64,000 bases of DNA from Chiloscyllium plagiosum (taxonomy: Eukaryota): assembly GCF_004010195.1 (NCBI RefSeq), contig NC_057718.1:22972297-23036296 (forward strand), given 5' to 3'. The notes below the pieces were generated by a model. The model saw only the letters and a program-made list of their open reading frames with translations. It was not told the DNA's origin and made no database searches. Each line of letters starts with the position of its first letter. Position 1 is the first letter of the stretch. Shown here in pieces: positions 23,581 to 36,350 of this stretch. The position numbers and the translations under genes were made by a program.

Positions 23581-23999
23581 GTGATAATCTCTTGGATGAG
23601 GATGTCAGCTTGTTCATAGCAAAAAATGCTCTTGGAATCTTCTCATGTTGGGAGACTGTTATGTTGCATTGTAGAAGTACAGTATTTGGTTCTGAAACTG
23701 TTAAAGCTAAAGATTGCATTTTGCTCCATCCAATATATGATAATTATTGTTTTGTATCTCACAATGTTATGTCAGGACACTTTTAATAGACATGTTCATG
23801 ATATCATCACTGTCAGATACCATCTTACTTGGGCAACTTAAAAGAGTGACAAACTGATAAAAGCCTATTGTTTTTTGTAAGCTAATAGTGTATCACTGAA
23901 GTGCCTGTGAATTTAATGGCTGGATATAACAATGAGCTAATAAACATTTCGTTGGATTCTTCAATACCACATCACCCATGTCTAGGCTCTTATGTTACC

Positions 24000-24320
24000 T
24001 AAGTCCAGCACAGGAACTTGCCCTTTGGCCCACCATGTCTTTGCTGACCATGATGTCATTCTAAACTATTTCCAACTGTCTGCACATGGTCTGTATCTCT
24101 ATTTCCTGCCTGTTCATGTCTCTGTCTAAATGCCTCTTAAACATTGCTCTCATGTCTACTTCTACCACCTCCACTGGTAGAATGTTCCAGGCACCTAGCA
24201 TCCTCTGTGTAAAAAACTTGCCTCACACATCTCCTTTAAACTTTTCCCTCTCACATTAACCCAAGCCCCCTAGTATTTGCCATTTCCACCCTGGGAAAAA
24301 GACTCTGACTCTCCAACCTA
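24000..24320 (-). mobile_element. CR1 3' end
   Basis: GCCCTTTGGCCCACCATGTC tail; reverse complement of FKGDV.GKFFTQRML. Confidence 0.75.
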
Positions 24321-24934
24321 AGGGCTATGACTATTCATCACGTTACAGGAGATAATAGAAGTATAATAGAGATAACAGAAGCACCACAAATACATCACTA
24401 GAAACAAAATGCAGACCAAGGTGAACAGTGGTGACCACTTACAAAGAAGACTGCTGAGCCTTTATAGATATATTGAAAACCTAATTGAAGATCAACTGGA
24501 AAACAGCCGATGCATCAAATAATTCATACAGCCTGTATTATCAGTTTCAGTGAGTATGATAAAAGAACTAAATTCATGCTGATTAGACTCTGACTTCTTT
24601 CAAGCTGAAAGAAATTTCAAATGTTGAAGTTACAAATAAAAATTAAAAGGTTACAGTTCTGTACTGAAATGGCAAAAACTAACTCTCCTCATCCTTGCTT
24701 TTTTCGAAAAAAAGGCAGATTGCATTTCTCACCACACAGCTACAAAACTTACTTCAAAGAAAATGCATTAAAATCATTTTCTACTTTAATAAGTCTTATC
24801 TGAGTCCAAAGATTTGTTGGCAAATCTGTCTTTCCAATTCTAAACAAAATTAGAGGAGAGCCCCTGTGACATCATAATTCCTTATTTGGCAAGAATGGTG
24901 TGTCGTGGGAGAAACCTATAAATCTGTAATTTTA

Positions 24935-25080
24935 AACCTCCCATAAATAAGGAAAAGAACTGTGGATGCTGGAGACCTGAAACAAAAATCAGAAGCTGTT
25001 GGTGAAGCCCAGCAATTCTGGCAACATCTGTGGATGAAAGCTGAGTTGACATTTCAAATCCGATAACTCTTCATCAGATG
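24935..25080 (-). mobile_element. PLE pLTR (family D) with hammerhead core
   Basis: Minus strand CUGAUGA-A-GAGUU-auc-GGAUUU-GAAA-UG-UC; flanked by TGTAATTTT repeats. Confidence 0.65.
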
Positions 25081-25094
25081 TGTAATTTTCAGTC

Positions 25095-25800
25095 AGAGGT
25101 CGCCAAGAAGATCAGGAAAGCAACCTCCAGTCTTGCTCACCTCACGACTTGAGTATGGACAAATCCCAAGCTGACAGTGACGACAAAAAATGTCAGTCTA
25201 TAATGCCTACTTCATCAGCACACTGCTGTACGGCAATGAAACGTCGACTACATATGCCAGACAGGAGAGAAATCTGAACACCTTCCACTTCAGGAGTATC
25301 TGCTGCATCCTAGGCATATCCTGACAAGACATAGTGTCCGACGCAGCGGTCCTATCTTGTGCTGGCCTTCCCAGAATGTACACTCTGCTCAGGCCCACCG
25401 CATGGAGGATGGCTGCATCTGAAAGGATATCCTTCCTGGAGAGCTCGCATCCGGGAAGAGACCCACGGGGCGTCCCAGCTGCGCTACAAGGATGTCTGCA
25501 TGAGGAACATGAAGGCGCTTGATATTGTTATGGAGTCCTGGGAACAGCTTACAGCATGAGATGGAGAAACACCTTGAACCAACACCTCAAAACAGGGGCG
25601 AAGAATGTGACGAGCGCTGCATCAGACAAACAGGCACCAAGGAAGGAGTTCGAGCAGATCAACAACCACATACAGATGTGAACTCTGTGACCGGGACTGT
25701 CACTCCAGCAGTGGGCTCTTCAGTCACAAGCTGCATTGCTTCAGGGGAGCAGAAAGCTAAAACAACAAGGATGTAACCCATAGTTAGCATAACTGACCGG
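25095..25800 (+). mobile_element. RTE-clade (BovB/AviRTE-like) LINE 3' fragment
   Basis: STLLYGNETSTTYARQERNLNTFHFRSICCILGIS, QLRYKDVCMRNMKALDI, C-terminal C2H2 finger CELCDRDCHS..GLFSH. Confidence 0.85.
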
Positions 25801-26579
25801 GGTCTCACACAGTCACTGGTTAAAATCAATAGTGGATAGCAAGTGGTGGGACAGAAAAGTTTGCTACTTTCCAGTTTCTGATTACTTCACTGCAGACAGG
25901 GGATGAAAAGTCCTGTCTGCAGGCTTCTGCTTCAGGAACTGTTCATGCAAACACTCTGTCTATTTCCAGTGAACTGGTCCGGTTTGCATAAGCTTCAGTC
26001 AGCAATCTGTCTCTGGGTGAACTTTCCTCTGCACACACACCCTAGGTGCTGTAGCATCTTAGATACCTTGCCCCACTGCTTGAATGAAGCAGCAGTGAAA
26101 GCACACCTCCCAATGCCTTTCAGCAAATTGTTTATAAAAGTGCAGCAACTCCTTGGCTTAAAGCAATCCGTTTCCCAATAAAAAAGAGCACAATAAAGGA
26201 GAAGAACATCCTGAACATTGGTGGAGGAGCCGATCTGGATCTTGAAGCAGACACAGCTACCATTCATCATAGTCTTAGCAACAACATGTGACCTATCAAT
26301 GTAGCTTGTACCTGATTGCTATCATGCAGAACTACATCTTATTTAAGAATAGAATCTTTTTTCATTGGACAACCTAGCAGCTTTCTTCAACCACACTGAC
26401 AAAGGAGGCACCGTAGACCCCAGGCTAAAATGAACATAATGGCAGCAAATTTGCTTAACAGTGACTATGAGTCCAGCTAGCTCATACAAAACTTTCACAC
26501 AATCTTCTATAGCTACCACGTGGTCCTCGGTGACTAAGATGCTCTTTTGCTCTTACTGCCTCCTGTAGACATATGGAAA

Positions 26580-26708
26580 AGATTTACAGCTTGCTAATCA
26601 ATTTGCTGAGCTGCATTAAGACAAACCCTCTGTCACCATGAAGTCCTGAGATGAGATTTGAAGCTAGGGCTTCTGGACCAGAGGTAGGGATACTATGACT
26701 GCACCACC
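26580..26708 (-). mobile_element. Short tRNA-derived SINE, related to 761-865
   Basis: Minus strand GTGGTGCAGTCATAGTATCCCTACCTCTGGTCCAGAAG...CTTCAAATCTCA. Confidence 0.5.
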
Positions 26709-26739
26709 TCCTGTCTCCACTTCTACCATGTGTGCATGG

Positions 26740-27340
26740 TGTCAGTGTAAAGACAAATGAGCCAAATAAATAAGCAAAGGCCATTCACAGCAATGTGAGA
26801 CCAGGAGGAAATTATAAATCAACAGTTGCTTCAGGAGAGAATCCTGCAACAGTTAAACCCAATGCCTTGAGTATAAAAGATTTCCAGTTATTAATTGGAG
26901 TTGCAAGGGTGACTGTCAAACTGTCAACTACTGTTGGTGGGAGAGTACAAGGATGGTGGTGAAGTGAAAACTGGGCAGCAGAGATTTGGATGAGCAAGAG
27001 TTTCTGGTGAGTGGAAGATAGGAAGCCAGCAGGAAAGGACTGGGATAATTGAGGTAACAAAGGCATGGATGTGGTTTTCAGCAATAGATGAGCTGAGGCA
27101 GCATTGGAGCATGGAGTGGAAGCAGTCAGTCTTAGTGAGGTATGTAGTTGAAAAGTTCAACTTTGGGTCAACACCAAGACTGCTGATAGTCTGACTCAGA
27201 CTCAGGCAATTGTTAAGAATGCAAATGGTGTCTAGGGAATGTAGTTAGTGTCATTATCCCAGTCCTTTGCTAGATAATTTTTGGAGTAGTTACTTGAAGG
27301 AAATTTCTGCTCATCCAGTATTAGATTTAGATGTTGGACA
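26740..27340 (-). mobile_element. L2 LINE C-terminal fragment
   Basis: CLSSSIAENHIHAFVTS, equivalent to L2 LS..AAETLIHAFVTSRLDY. Confidence 0.7.
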
Positions 27341-28514
27341 AAATCCAAATTCCTCTTATTGGGTGGAATCTTGTCGAATCAGGGTTATGTCTGTTGGCTG
27401 CAGAGCCTCCTTTTCAGGAGAGATCCTGAACCACATGCCAATGAGGCAGATATGATGCCATCAATGGGTCTTTGCCATTACCCTGGCAGTGGAGATCTTG
27501 CTTCTGGTGAGATCTGCTGGCCAATCAGAATCTGACAGCTCTTGTGCTCAGCAGAGCCATTGGGGACTGTGGCTGTTGCAGGAATTGCACAGCCTTGGAG
27601 TTCACAGATTGAAGAGGATCGAGGCTAGAGGTAAACAATGTATCATGGGAGTTCTCAAGGTGGACATCATAGAGGAAAAGTCTGTGCATTGGAAGCAAGG
27701 GCAAGGGAGGTAATTTACATTGCCCACCCACTGCCCTCTTTCCAGTGTCCAGCCCTTCAATCAGTCACTAATTGAAATTGATTGAGGAGACAACCAGATG
27801 GTAACAGGCCCACGTGTTGATGGTTCATCCTATTGGTCATAGGTTGAGGCCCACAACGTGTCCTTTATTGTTCATTTAGGTTGGCAGCACTGATGGAAGT
27901 TTGACTCCGGACCTTATTTCTGGTGGTCACAGGAAGGCTGTGAGGTTTAGGTGTGCTCCCTCCTTTTAATTAAATGCTCTTCCAGTCTCCAAGTCCCAGT
28001 GACATCAGATGATGCACAATGACTCTGAACAACCTGCAGTTCCAAGGCAGAAATGCCTTGCCTGGTTTTCTATTAAAAAGAGGAAAATAAGTCTCCTTAT
28101 CTTGGTTTTGTAAAATCTTTGTGACATTTGTTCATGCTTTGTGCCTGTACATATCATGCAACTTCATTGAGAACAAAGTCTGCGCTTTTTTCAGTAAGAT
28201 TAATACTATTAAAGTTACATTGAAGAGATGGCTGACTGCAATTCAATTAAATCTTTAATCTACATCATGTCTGTCTTTTTGTTAGATTGAAATTTCTCAA
28301 GGTTTTAAAAGTGGTAGGAATGGAAATATGAAGTGAGTGTCAGCAAATATCACAGATTACAGAAAGGCCTGTCTGAGGGGAAAAGAATAAGAAACTTGGA
28401 AATATCCATGATGCAGCATGGTTAAGTATGAAACAGAATTTGATATTGTTCCCAGTAATTATACAGAGAGTTTGAGGATTCTGGGTAATCCAAGATGGAG
28501 GTCAGGAAAAATTT

Positions 28515-30040
28515 CTGGCTGTAAGAGCTGCTCCTTTTTTTGAGGTATTTTAGGTGCTGGAGGTGATTTCCTCGAATCCCAGGAGCAGCAATTACTGTTT
28601 TATATGCTGTTGCATTGTTTTGGAACTTTGGAAGAAAATAGTCAAAACAACAGCAGTTTCAAAAGGGAGAAGAACAGACAAAGGAAACACATGGTGAGGT
28701 CATTGCAGGAGAGAGAGAGAGAGAGAGAACCTGCACAGTTACTGCCTTTGCTGTTTGAATTCATGTATCACTGGACATCGGAGAGCATCTGGGAAAATTA
28801 ACAAATAGTGAAATTCACAACTGATCTTGGAGGAACTGTTGGGCAAAGTTCACAGCACAGACTCAGATACGTTAATCGTTGTTTTAAGTGTGGCCTAAAG
28901 AGAATCTGCAGTAGTGAGTAAAGTGGGTTCTTTTTGATTATATATTTTTGGAGATATGTCTCTTGATTAAACTTAAAATAAAAGTCATAACTATTAATTT
29001 AACCTGGGGCAGTGTTTGTAGAGGAATAAGATGATATTTTCTGGTCTGTAGATTGTGAAGAAACAAAAATGGCCTTTAATAGAGTGATATGTACTTCTTG
29101 TCAGATGTGTCAGTTTAAAGAGGGTTTAAGGGTTTCTGTGGATTGTATCTGTCATAAATGCTGTTGGCTGCGAATCTTATCAGATCGAATGGAGCTGTTG
29201 AACAGACAGTTAGAAACAATGAGAAATTTGCAACAGCAACAGTATGTGATGGATGGCAGTTATACGAACGGGGGAAAAGTCTCAGATACAGTCACATAGA
29301 TGGGTTAACTCCAGGAAAGGTAAGAGAGGTAGGCAGCTAGTGCAGGAGTCTTTTGTGGATATACCCATTTCTAACAGGTATGCTGGTTTGGAAAATGTAG
29401 GGGGTGATGGATTCTCAGGGGAATGTAGCACGAACAGCCAAGTTTCTGGTATTGAGACTAGCACTAATGCAATGAGGGTTACGTCAGAGTCCAAGAGATC
29501 AATTGTGTCGGGGATTCTCTAGTACGATGTACAGACAGATGTTTCTATGACCAGCAGTGAAAAAGCAGAATGGTGTGTTGCTTTCTTGGTGCCAGGATCA
29601 AGGATGTCTCAGAGAGGGTACAGAATATTCACACGGGGGAGAGAGTCCAGCAAGAGGTCATTGTCCACATTGGAACCAATGACATAGGAAGGGAAAACGT
29701 TGAGATTCTGAAGGAAGATTACAGAGAGTTAGGCAGAAATTTAAAAAGGAGGTCCTCGAGAGTAGTAATATCTAGATTACTCCCGATGCTACAAGCTAGT
29801 GAGGGTAGGAATAGGAGGATCGAGCAGATGAATGCATGGCTGAGGAGCTGGTGTATGGGAGAAGGATGCACATTTTTCGATCATTGGAATCTCTTTTGGG
29901 GTAGAAGTGATCCATACAAGAAGGACAGATTGTACCTAAATTGGAAGGGGACTAATATACTGGCAGGGAGATTTGCTGGAGCTGCTTGGGAGGATTTAAC
30001 GAGTAAGGTGGGTGTGGTGAAACCCAGGGAGATAGTGAGT
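28515..30040 (+). mobile_element. CR1 LINE 5'UTR plus ORF1 (zinc finger/coiled coil and SGNH esterase), frameshifted, ORF2 missing
   Basis: MAFNRVICTSCQM...CICHKC; PISNRY; VCCFLGARIKDV, VHIGTNDIG, DRLYLNWKG. Confidence 0.9.
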
Positions 30041-30094
30041 CCCCTACATTTACCCCTTCACCTAACACTACAGGCAATTTAGCATGGCCAATCC

Positions 30095-30600
30095 GCCTTT
30101 TTTCATTACATAGTACTAAATCTAAAATAGTTTCTCCTGTCATTGGCTCCTTAACATTTTGCTTTCGAAAACGTCCATAACAGATTCCAGAACAGTGACT
30201 TCTCCAGGTTTAATGGTCAATTGGTTTACCCAGTCTACGGAGTCACTCCGGATAAAGTGTGTTGCCCATGCTATACACATCTCCTTTAACACAATGCACC
30301 TCACTACCGATTCAATTTGGTGGCCTATTCTCATTCCTGATGAAAGGCTTTTGCCCGAAACATGGATTTTCCTGCTCCTCGGATGCTGCCTGACCTGCTG
30401 TGCTTTTCCAGAGCCACACTCTCAACTCTAATCTCCAGCATCTGCAGTCCTCACTTTCGCCTATTATTGTCTCCTGCCTCTTGAAGTTTCTGTTTCGGTT
30501 GAAGGACTTTGACTTCAATGCTACATTTCATTCTGCTGTAAAAAAAGCCTTTGTGATTTCTGAGCCGCTCCGACATAATCAAAACAGAACTTCATCTATG
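30095..30600 (-). mobile_element. Old CR1 ORF2 endonuclease fragment with a PLE pLTR inside (about 30329-30459)
   Basis: EPMTGETILDLVLCNE; plus-strand CATTCCTGATGAAAGGCTTTTGCCCGAAAC. Confidence 0.65.
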
Positions 30601-30711
30601 TCTAATTAAAGGTATTGTGTTGGCACAAAATTCCCACATAGCAATTAATTAGATTTTTGCAACACAAAACATGCCTTTTAGACACTGCAATGCTGTTTTT
30701 CAATGTTTACT

Positions 30712-32087
30712 TGCTATTGCACAGCATAGTACAGCTCCAAGGTGCTGCATCTAACTGGGTGTTATCTTGATAACTTCCTGGTTCATGGAATTTTACTGCC
30801 TAACAGGAGACCATTCAGGTCATCATTGTATGTGCTGACTCTCTGAAAATGCTGTCAAAATGAGAACAGCTTTCAGGGACAGTCAGTCAGGGATTTGCTG
30901 TTAGCATGAAAAGAGAAGATGTTTTGTTTCAAATGAGCCGGAAGTTTTCTGTCCATGAGCAGGTTTTGAATATCCAGGTTGAAGTCTGAGCAGAATAATT
31001 ACTGTGCCTTTTGTTGGTTATTTAAATAGTCTAAAAGTGTTCAATGAGTGCATTATGTGGTTCATTATACTTCATAAACATTGATATTTTCATTAACCTA
31101 TTATCCTAGCTGTGCCTGATTATATATTTTTGTTTAATTTGAAGCATCAGAATGACACGGATTGAAGGGATTCATTGATTAAATTTAAACTGTTCTGAAT
31201 AAAGGTCTTATCAGCCTCAAGAGGGTAACTTTGTTTCTCACTTGACAGATGCTGCCAAACTTGTTGAGTTTCTCCAGCACCTTTTGTGTGTGTTTTGATC
31301 TAACTTGCCTACCCACCATTCTAAAATTCACAAACAGCATTTATTGCCCATCTCCAGTTACCCTTAAGAAAACTGAGATGGTGATTCAGGCAAATATACT
31401 GAGGTATATCCATCCACTGCCACCGATTATCCCACTCTCACCCTGTCCTCCTCAGGTTCAGACAATCACAGCATGATATTGACCTTTGAGGTGTTAAACC
31501 ATCTGCGGCACACTCATAGAATCACTGAATGCTACAATAGAGAAGAGGTCCTTCAGCCTGTCAAGACTGTATTGTCAAAAATACATTACAAAATATAATA
31601 CACCAGTCCCACTTTCCAGCGCTAGGCCCATAACTTTCCAAGTGCTTTTGAAAGGTTCCACAAATAGGACAGCACGGTGACTCAGTGGTTAGTACTGCTG
31701 CCTCACAACACTAGGGACCCAGGTTTGATTCCAGCCTCGGGTGACTCTGTGTGGAGTTTGCACATTCTCCCCATGTCTGTGTGAGTTTCCTCCCACAGGT
31801 CAAAGATGTGAGGGTTAGGTGGATTGGCCATGCAAAATTGCCCATCGTATCCAGGATGTGTAGGGTTAGGTGGATTAGCCATGGGACATGCAGAGATAGG
31901 GTAGGGTGGTGAATCTAGCTGGGAATACTACTGCACAGCACAGTCCATTTCCAAGGTACTGCATTTGACTGGATGTTGTCTTGGTACTTCCTGATTCAGT
32001 ATCTCGAATCATAGAATTTTACTGCCTAACAGGAGACCATTCAGGTCATCATTGCCTGTGCTGTCTCTTTGAAAATGCTGTCAAAAC
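30712..32087 (+). repeat. Diverged local direct duplication of about 150 bp (30712-30860 and 31927-32087)
   Basis: Both copies contain GAATTTTACTGCCTAACAGGAGACCATTCAGGTCATCATTG...GAAAATGCTGTCAAAA, preceded by TGCACAGCA...CCAAGGT.CTGCAT. Confidence 0.85.
31667..31925 (+). mobile_element. HE1-type V-SINE, 3'-truncated, with an internal duplication
   Basis: A box TGACTCAGTGG, B box GGTTTGATTCC, V domain; duplicated AGGGTTAGGTGGATT.GCCATG. Confidence 0.85.
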
Positions 32088-32089
32088 GC

Positions 32090-33070
32090 AACAGTGCTGG
32101 GTCCTCTATTCTTTGTCATTTACATAAATGATTTGGATGCGAGCATAAGAGGTACAGTTAGTAAGTTTGCAGATGACACCAAAATTGGAGGTGCAGTGGA
32201 CAGCGAAGAAGGTTACCTCGGATTACAACAGGATCTGGACCAGATGGGCCAATGGGCTGAGAAGTGGCAGATGGAGTTTAATTCAGATAAATGCGACGTG
32301 CTGCATTTTGAAAAAGCAAATCTTAGCAGGACTTATACACTTAATGTTAAGGTCCTAGGGAGTGTTGCTGAACAAAGAGACCTTGGAGTGCAGGTTCATA
32401 GCGCCTTGAAAGTGGAGTCACAGCTAGATAGGATAGTGAAAGCGGCATTTGGAATGCTTTCCTTTATTGGTCAGAGTATTGAGTACAGGAGTTGGGAGGT
32501 CATGTTGTGGCTGTACAGGGCATTGGTTAGGTCATTTTTGAAATATTATGTACAGTTCTGGTTCCTTCCTATTAGAAAGATGTTGTGAAACTTGAAAGAG
32601 TTCAGCAAAGATTTACAAGGATGTTGCCAGGGTTGGAAGATTTGAGCTATCGGGAGAGGCTGAACAGGCTGGGGCTGTTTTCACTGGAGTGTCGGAGACT
32701 GAGGAGTGATCTTATAGATGTTTACAAAATAATGAGGGGCATGGATTGAATAAATAGACAAAGTCTTTTCCCTGGGATTGGGGAGTCCAGAACCAAAGGG
32801 CATAGGTTTAGGGTGAGAGGGGAAAGATATAAAAGAGACCTAAGGGGCAACTTTTTCATGCAGAAGGTGGTACGTGTATGGAATGAGCTGCCAGAGGAAG
32901 TGATGGAGGCGAGTACAATTATAACATTTAAAATGCAGGCATTATGAACAGGGTTTGGTGGGATATGGGCTGGGTGCTGGCAGGTGGGACTCAATTGAGT
33001 TGGGATATCTGATCGGCATGGAACGAGTTGGACTAAAAGGTCTGTTTCCCTGCTGTACATCTGTGATTTT
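32090..33070 (+). mobile_element. CR1 (HER1-like) LINE, 5'-truncated
   Basis: ORF 32094..32588: LGPLFFVIYINDLD...SKFADDTKIGG...RDLGVQVH; 3'UTR follows. Confidence 0.93.
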
Positions 33071-33379
33071 AACATAACTTGGAAGCAAAATGAATTAACT
33101 ATGAATTAATGAGCAAATAAATAGGCACATTGCATTTTAACTAGTCAATACAGCAACAATTAAACAATAAGATGCAATTTCCTTCAGCATGTGTGGCATT
33201 AATGTGTGCATGGTTTTTTAAGTCACACAGGGTAAGTGAAGAATCCTATCCAAATCAAGCTTTCCTCTTCAAGTTGGTGAATACAATTATTGTCAGCACG
33301 ACACAGTTCCACAACTCTCTTCCCCCTCGGTTCATGACAATCTGCTGGTGCAGTTTTCCAGAGTTACTTTGCAACCAAC

Positions 33380-36350
33380 CAATCAATAACACTCAGTCGG
33401 AGCGGCCTCAGGAGAGGAGTGGAAAGGGTGGAATCCTTGGTGAATACAGAGGCGGAGCTCTCGAGCAGTCGTCGCAATTCAAAAAGTGAGGTAGGGCAAA
33501 AGGATTGGCTGCCAAGGAACCAGCATTTGGGACTGAGTGAGTGAGTAACACAGGGAGAGAGACTGACCGGAAAGTCCTGACCTTTGTGGTTTGTAGGTTG
33601 TTAGAAATGGAGTGAGAGAGAGAGAGAGAGACAGAGAGACAGAAGGAAAGTTGTTTTGGTGAGTAGTGGGTAAGGTTGAGCCACTGATTCCTAGTTTATC
33701 GTCTGTGGTTGATGAGATTCACAATGGCAGGTGAACCCAGACCTGTGAAAATGCTCCTCCTGCAATATGTGGGAAATCAGGGATACCTCCAGTCTCCATG
33801 GTGACTCCGTATGCAGGAGATCCGTTCAGCTGCAGCTCCTGATTGGCTGCATAGAGTCAAGAGTGTGGTGCTGGAAAAGCACAGCGGGTCAGGCAGCATC
33901 CGAGGAGCAGGAGAATCAACGTTTCAGGCATAAGCCCTTCATCAGGAATTATGCCTAAAACGTCAATTCTCCTGCTCCTTGGATGTTGCCTGACCCGCTG
34001 TGCTTTTCCAGCATCACATGCTCGACTTTTATCTCCAGCATCTGCAGTCCTTACTTTCTCCTGGCTGTATAGTGTGTCTGGAACTGCAGACACCTATGGA
34101 GCATCCAAGTTCTGGAAATATCATGGATAACATATTTAGCAGGCTGACCACACCACCACAAGGACAGAAAAGTGTTAGCTGACCACTGACAAGGACGGCC
34201 ATTCCCTCCTCAAACTGATATACTCTTTTACATACCACTGGGAGAAACAGCATTTCAGAGGAAGCAACAACAGCCAAGTCTGTGGCACCACAGTTGGCTC
34301 TGCTGCACAGCAAGAGAGGAATAGTGCTGGGAGAGTTTAAGTAATAGGGCACTCGATTGTAAGGGGAACTGACAGAAAGTCCTTTGCACCAAACAAGACT
34401 TTCAAATGATAGATTGCCTCCCTGGTACCAGAGTCAGAGTGACTGCAGGGCACTCTGATGAGAGAAAGTGTTTAACCAGCAGTCATGGTACATATCAGTA
34501 GCAATGACATGGGTAAAAAGAGTTATGAGGCCCCACAACAGGAATTTAGAGAGTTAGGTAGGAGTTAAAAAGGAAGACTACTAAGATTGTAATCTCCAAA
34601 TTACTTCCAGTGCAATGCACCATAGAATATAGGAACAGCAAGATAGGTCAGATGAACATGTGGCTTAAGGGATGTGCAGGAGGGAAGGCTTTAGATGTTT
34701 GGATCATTGGGAGAGCTTCTGGAGTAGACAGGGCCTGTACAAGCCAAATGGCTTACGCCTGAATGGGAATGGTGGAACGCTTCCTTGTGGGAAGCTTGCC
34801 CATGCTGTTGGAGAGATTTTAAATTAATTTGGCAGGGGTGGTGGGGGGGTAGTATGGGGGCACAGCGTAGATGTAAAGTTGGGAGCAAGATCCAATTAGT
34901 TGTAAAAGGAGTACTATGGCAGTCCAGTGGGCAGGGAAGACATGGGCAGGATAAGGCACATAAGAGGTTCAGAGAGCATAATTATATCCACTTTAATGTA
35001 AGGAGCTTGACTGATGAATTTAGAGCATTGATCAGCATGTGGGAATATATAGATGCAATCATTGAGTCATGGCTGAAGGGAAGATAGGACTGGCAGCTCA
35101 ACATTCATGGAACAGAAGTTTCAGGCAGGCTGGGAGGGATGTAAGAGAAGTGGGGGTATTGCATATTGATAAAGGAATCCATCACTGCAGCAATGAGGGA
35201 TGATGTCCTCAAAGGATCTTCAAATGAGGCTATCTGGGTAGAGCTAAGAAATAAAATAGGGGTGATTATTTTGCTGGCATTATACTACAGGCCTCCCAAC
35301 AGTCAAAGAGAGAAAGACAACTAGATATGTGGGCAAATCAAGAAAGGTGTGAACGAAACAGGGCTATGGTATAGGAGAATTCAACTTTGCTCACATTGAC
35401 TGGGATCAGCATAGTGTGAAAGGAATAGACAGGATGGAATTTTGAAAATGCATCCAGCAGAGCTTTTTGTGCCAGTGCATAGATAGTCCAACTGGAGATG
35501 GGGCAGTGCTGGACCCAATCCTAGGAAATAAAATTTGGTAAATTGAAATTGGGTGAGCATTTTAGGGATAGTGACCATAACACTGTAAATTCCAAAGTCA
35601 TTATGGTAAGGATAGTGCAAAGATTATGTGTTCTGTTAAGGGCAGCAAGTCCAAGAAACCCTGAATACCAAAGTATATTGAGAGTTTGAAAAAGAAAAAG
35701 AAGGAAGCAAGGTTAGTCAGGCTGGTGAAGAAGGCATATGGGATGCTTGCCTTCATTAGCTGGGGCGTAGAATGTAGGAGCAAGGAAGACTTGTTGCAAC
35801 TTTATAAAACTTTGATTAGGCCACATATGGAATACTGTGTGCAGTTCTGATTGCCACACTATTGGAAGGGTATGATTGGACTGGAGAGGCTGCAGAGGAT
35901 ATTCACCAGGATCTTGCCTGAGGAGAAAGGTCTCAGTAATGAGGAGAGACGGGATAGGCTAGGGGTGTTTTCTTTGGAGCAAAGGAGACTGGGGAAGTAT
36001 CTGAATGACGTATCAGAAATTATAAGAGGCATTGACATAGAAGATTGTGAGAAATGTTGCTCCCCTCTGGCAAACATGTCTAAGACTAGAAGATATACGT
36101 TTAAGGTGAAGAGTAAGTGGTTCAGAGGAGGTCAGAGGAAAATGTTTGCACCCAGAGGATGGGCAAAATGTGGAACATGCTGCCTGAGACGATGGTGGAA
36201 GCAGATAACCTCGCAACATTTATGAAGTATCTGGGTGAGCAGTTGAAATTCTCCAGCATAGTAGCAATTGTAAGTAAATAGGATCAGTGTAGTTTGGCGT
36301 TTGTTGGTTGGCATAGATACGGTGGGCCGAAGGGCTGGTATGACTGTCAT
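33380..36350 (+). mobile_element. Old CR1 with 5'UTR, ORF1 esterase, endonuclease and C-terminus but no RT core
   Basis: MAGEPRPV..CSSCNMWEIRD; VIGHSIVRG; VHISSNDMG; IHFNVRSL; YYRPPNS; SDHN; near 35710 jumps to RLVKKAYGML...RPHMEYCVQF. Confidence 0.85.
33855..34061. mobile_element. Palindromic PLE pLTR inserted in CR1 ORF1
   Basis: 11 bp TSD TGGCTGCATAG / TGGCTGTATAG; minus-strand core CUGAUGA-A-GGGC-uuau-GCCU-GAAA-CG-UU. Confidence 0.85.

Noticed and set aside
23093..23841. Overlapping Cys/Val- or His/Thr-rich ORFs
   Set aside because: Translations of a TG/CA microsatellite; the same applies to 5862-6327
29069..30082. Host GDSL/SGNH esterase gene
   Set aside because: It is CR1 ORF1, with frameshifts and stops
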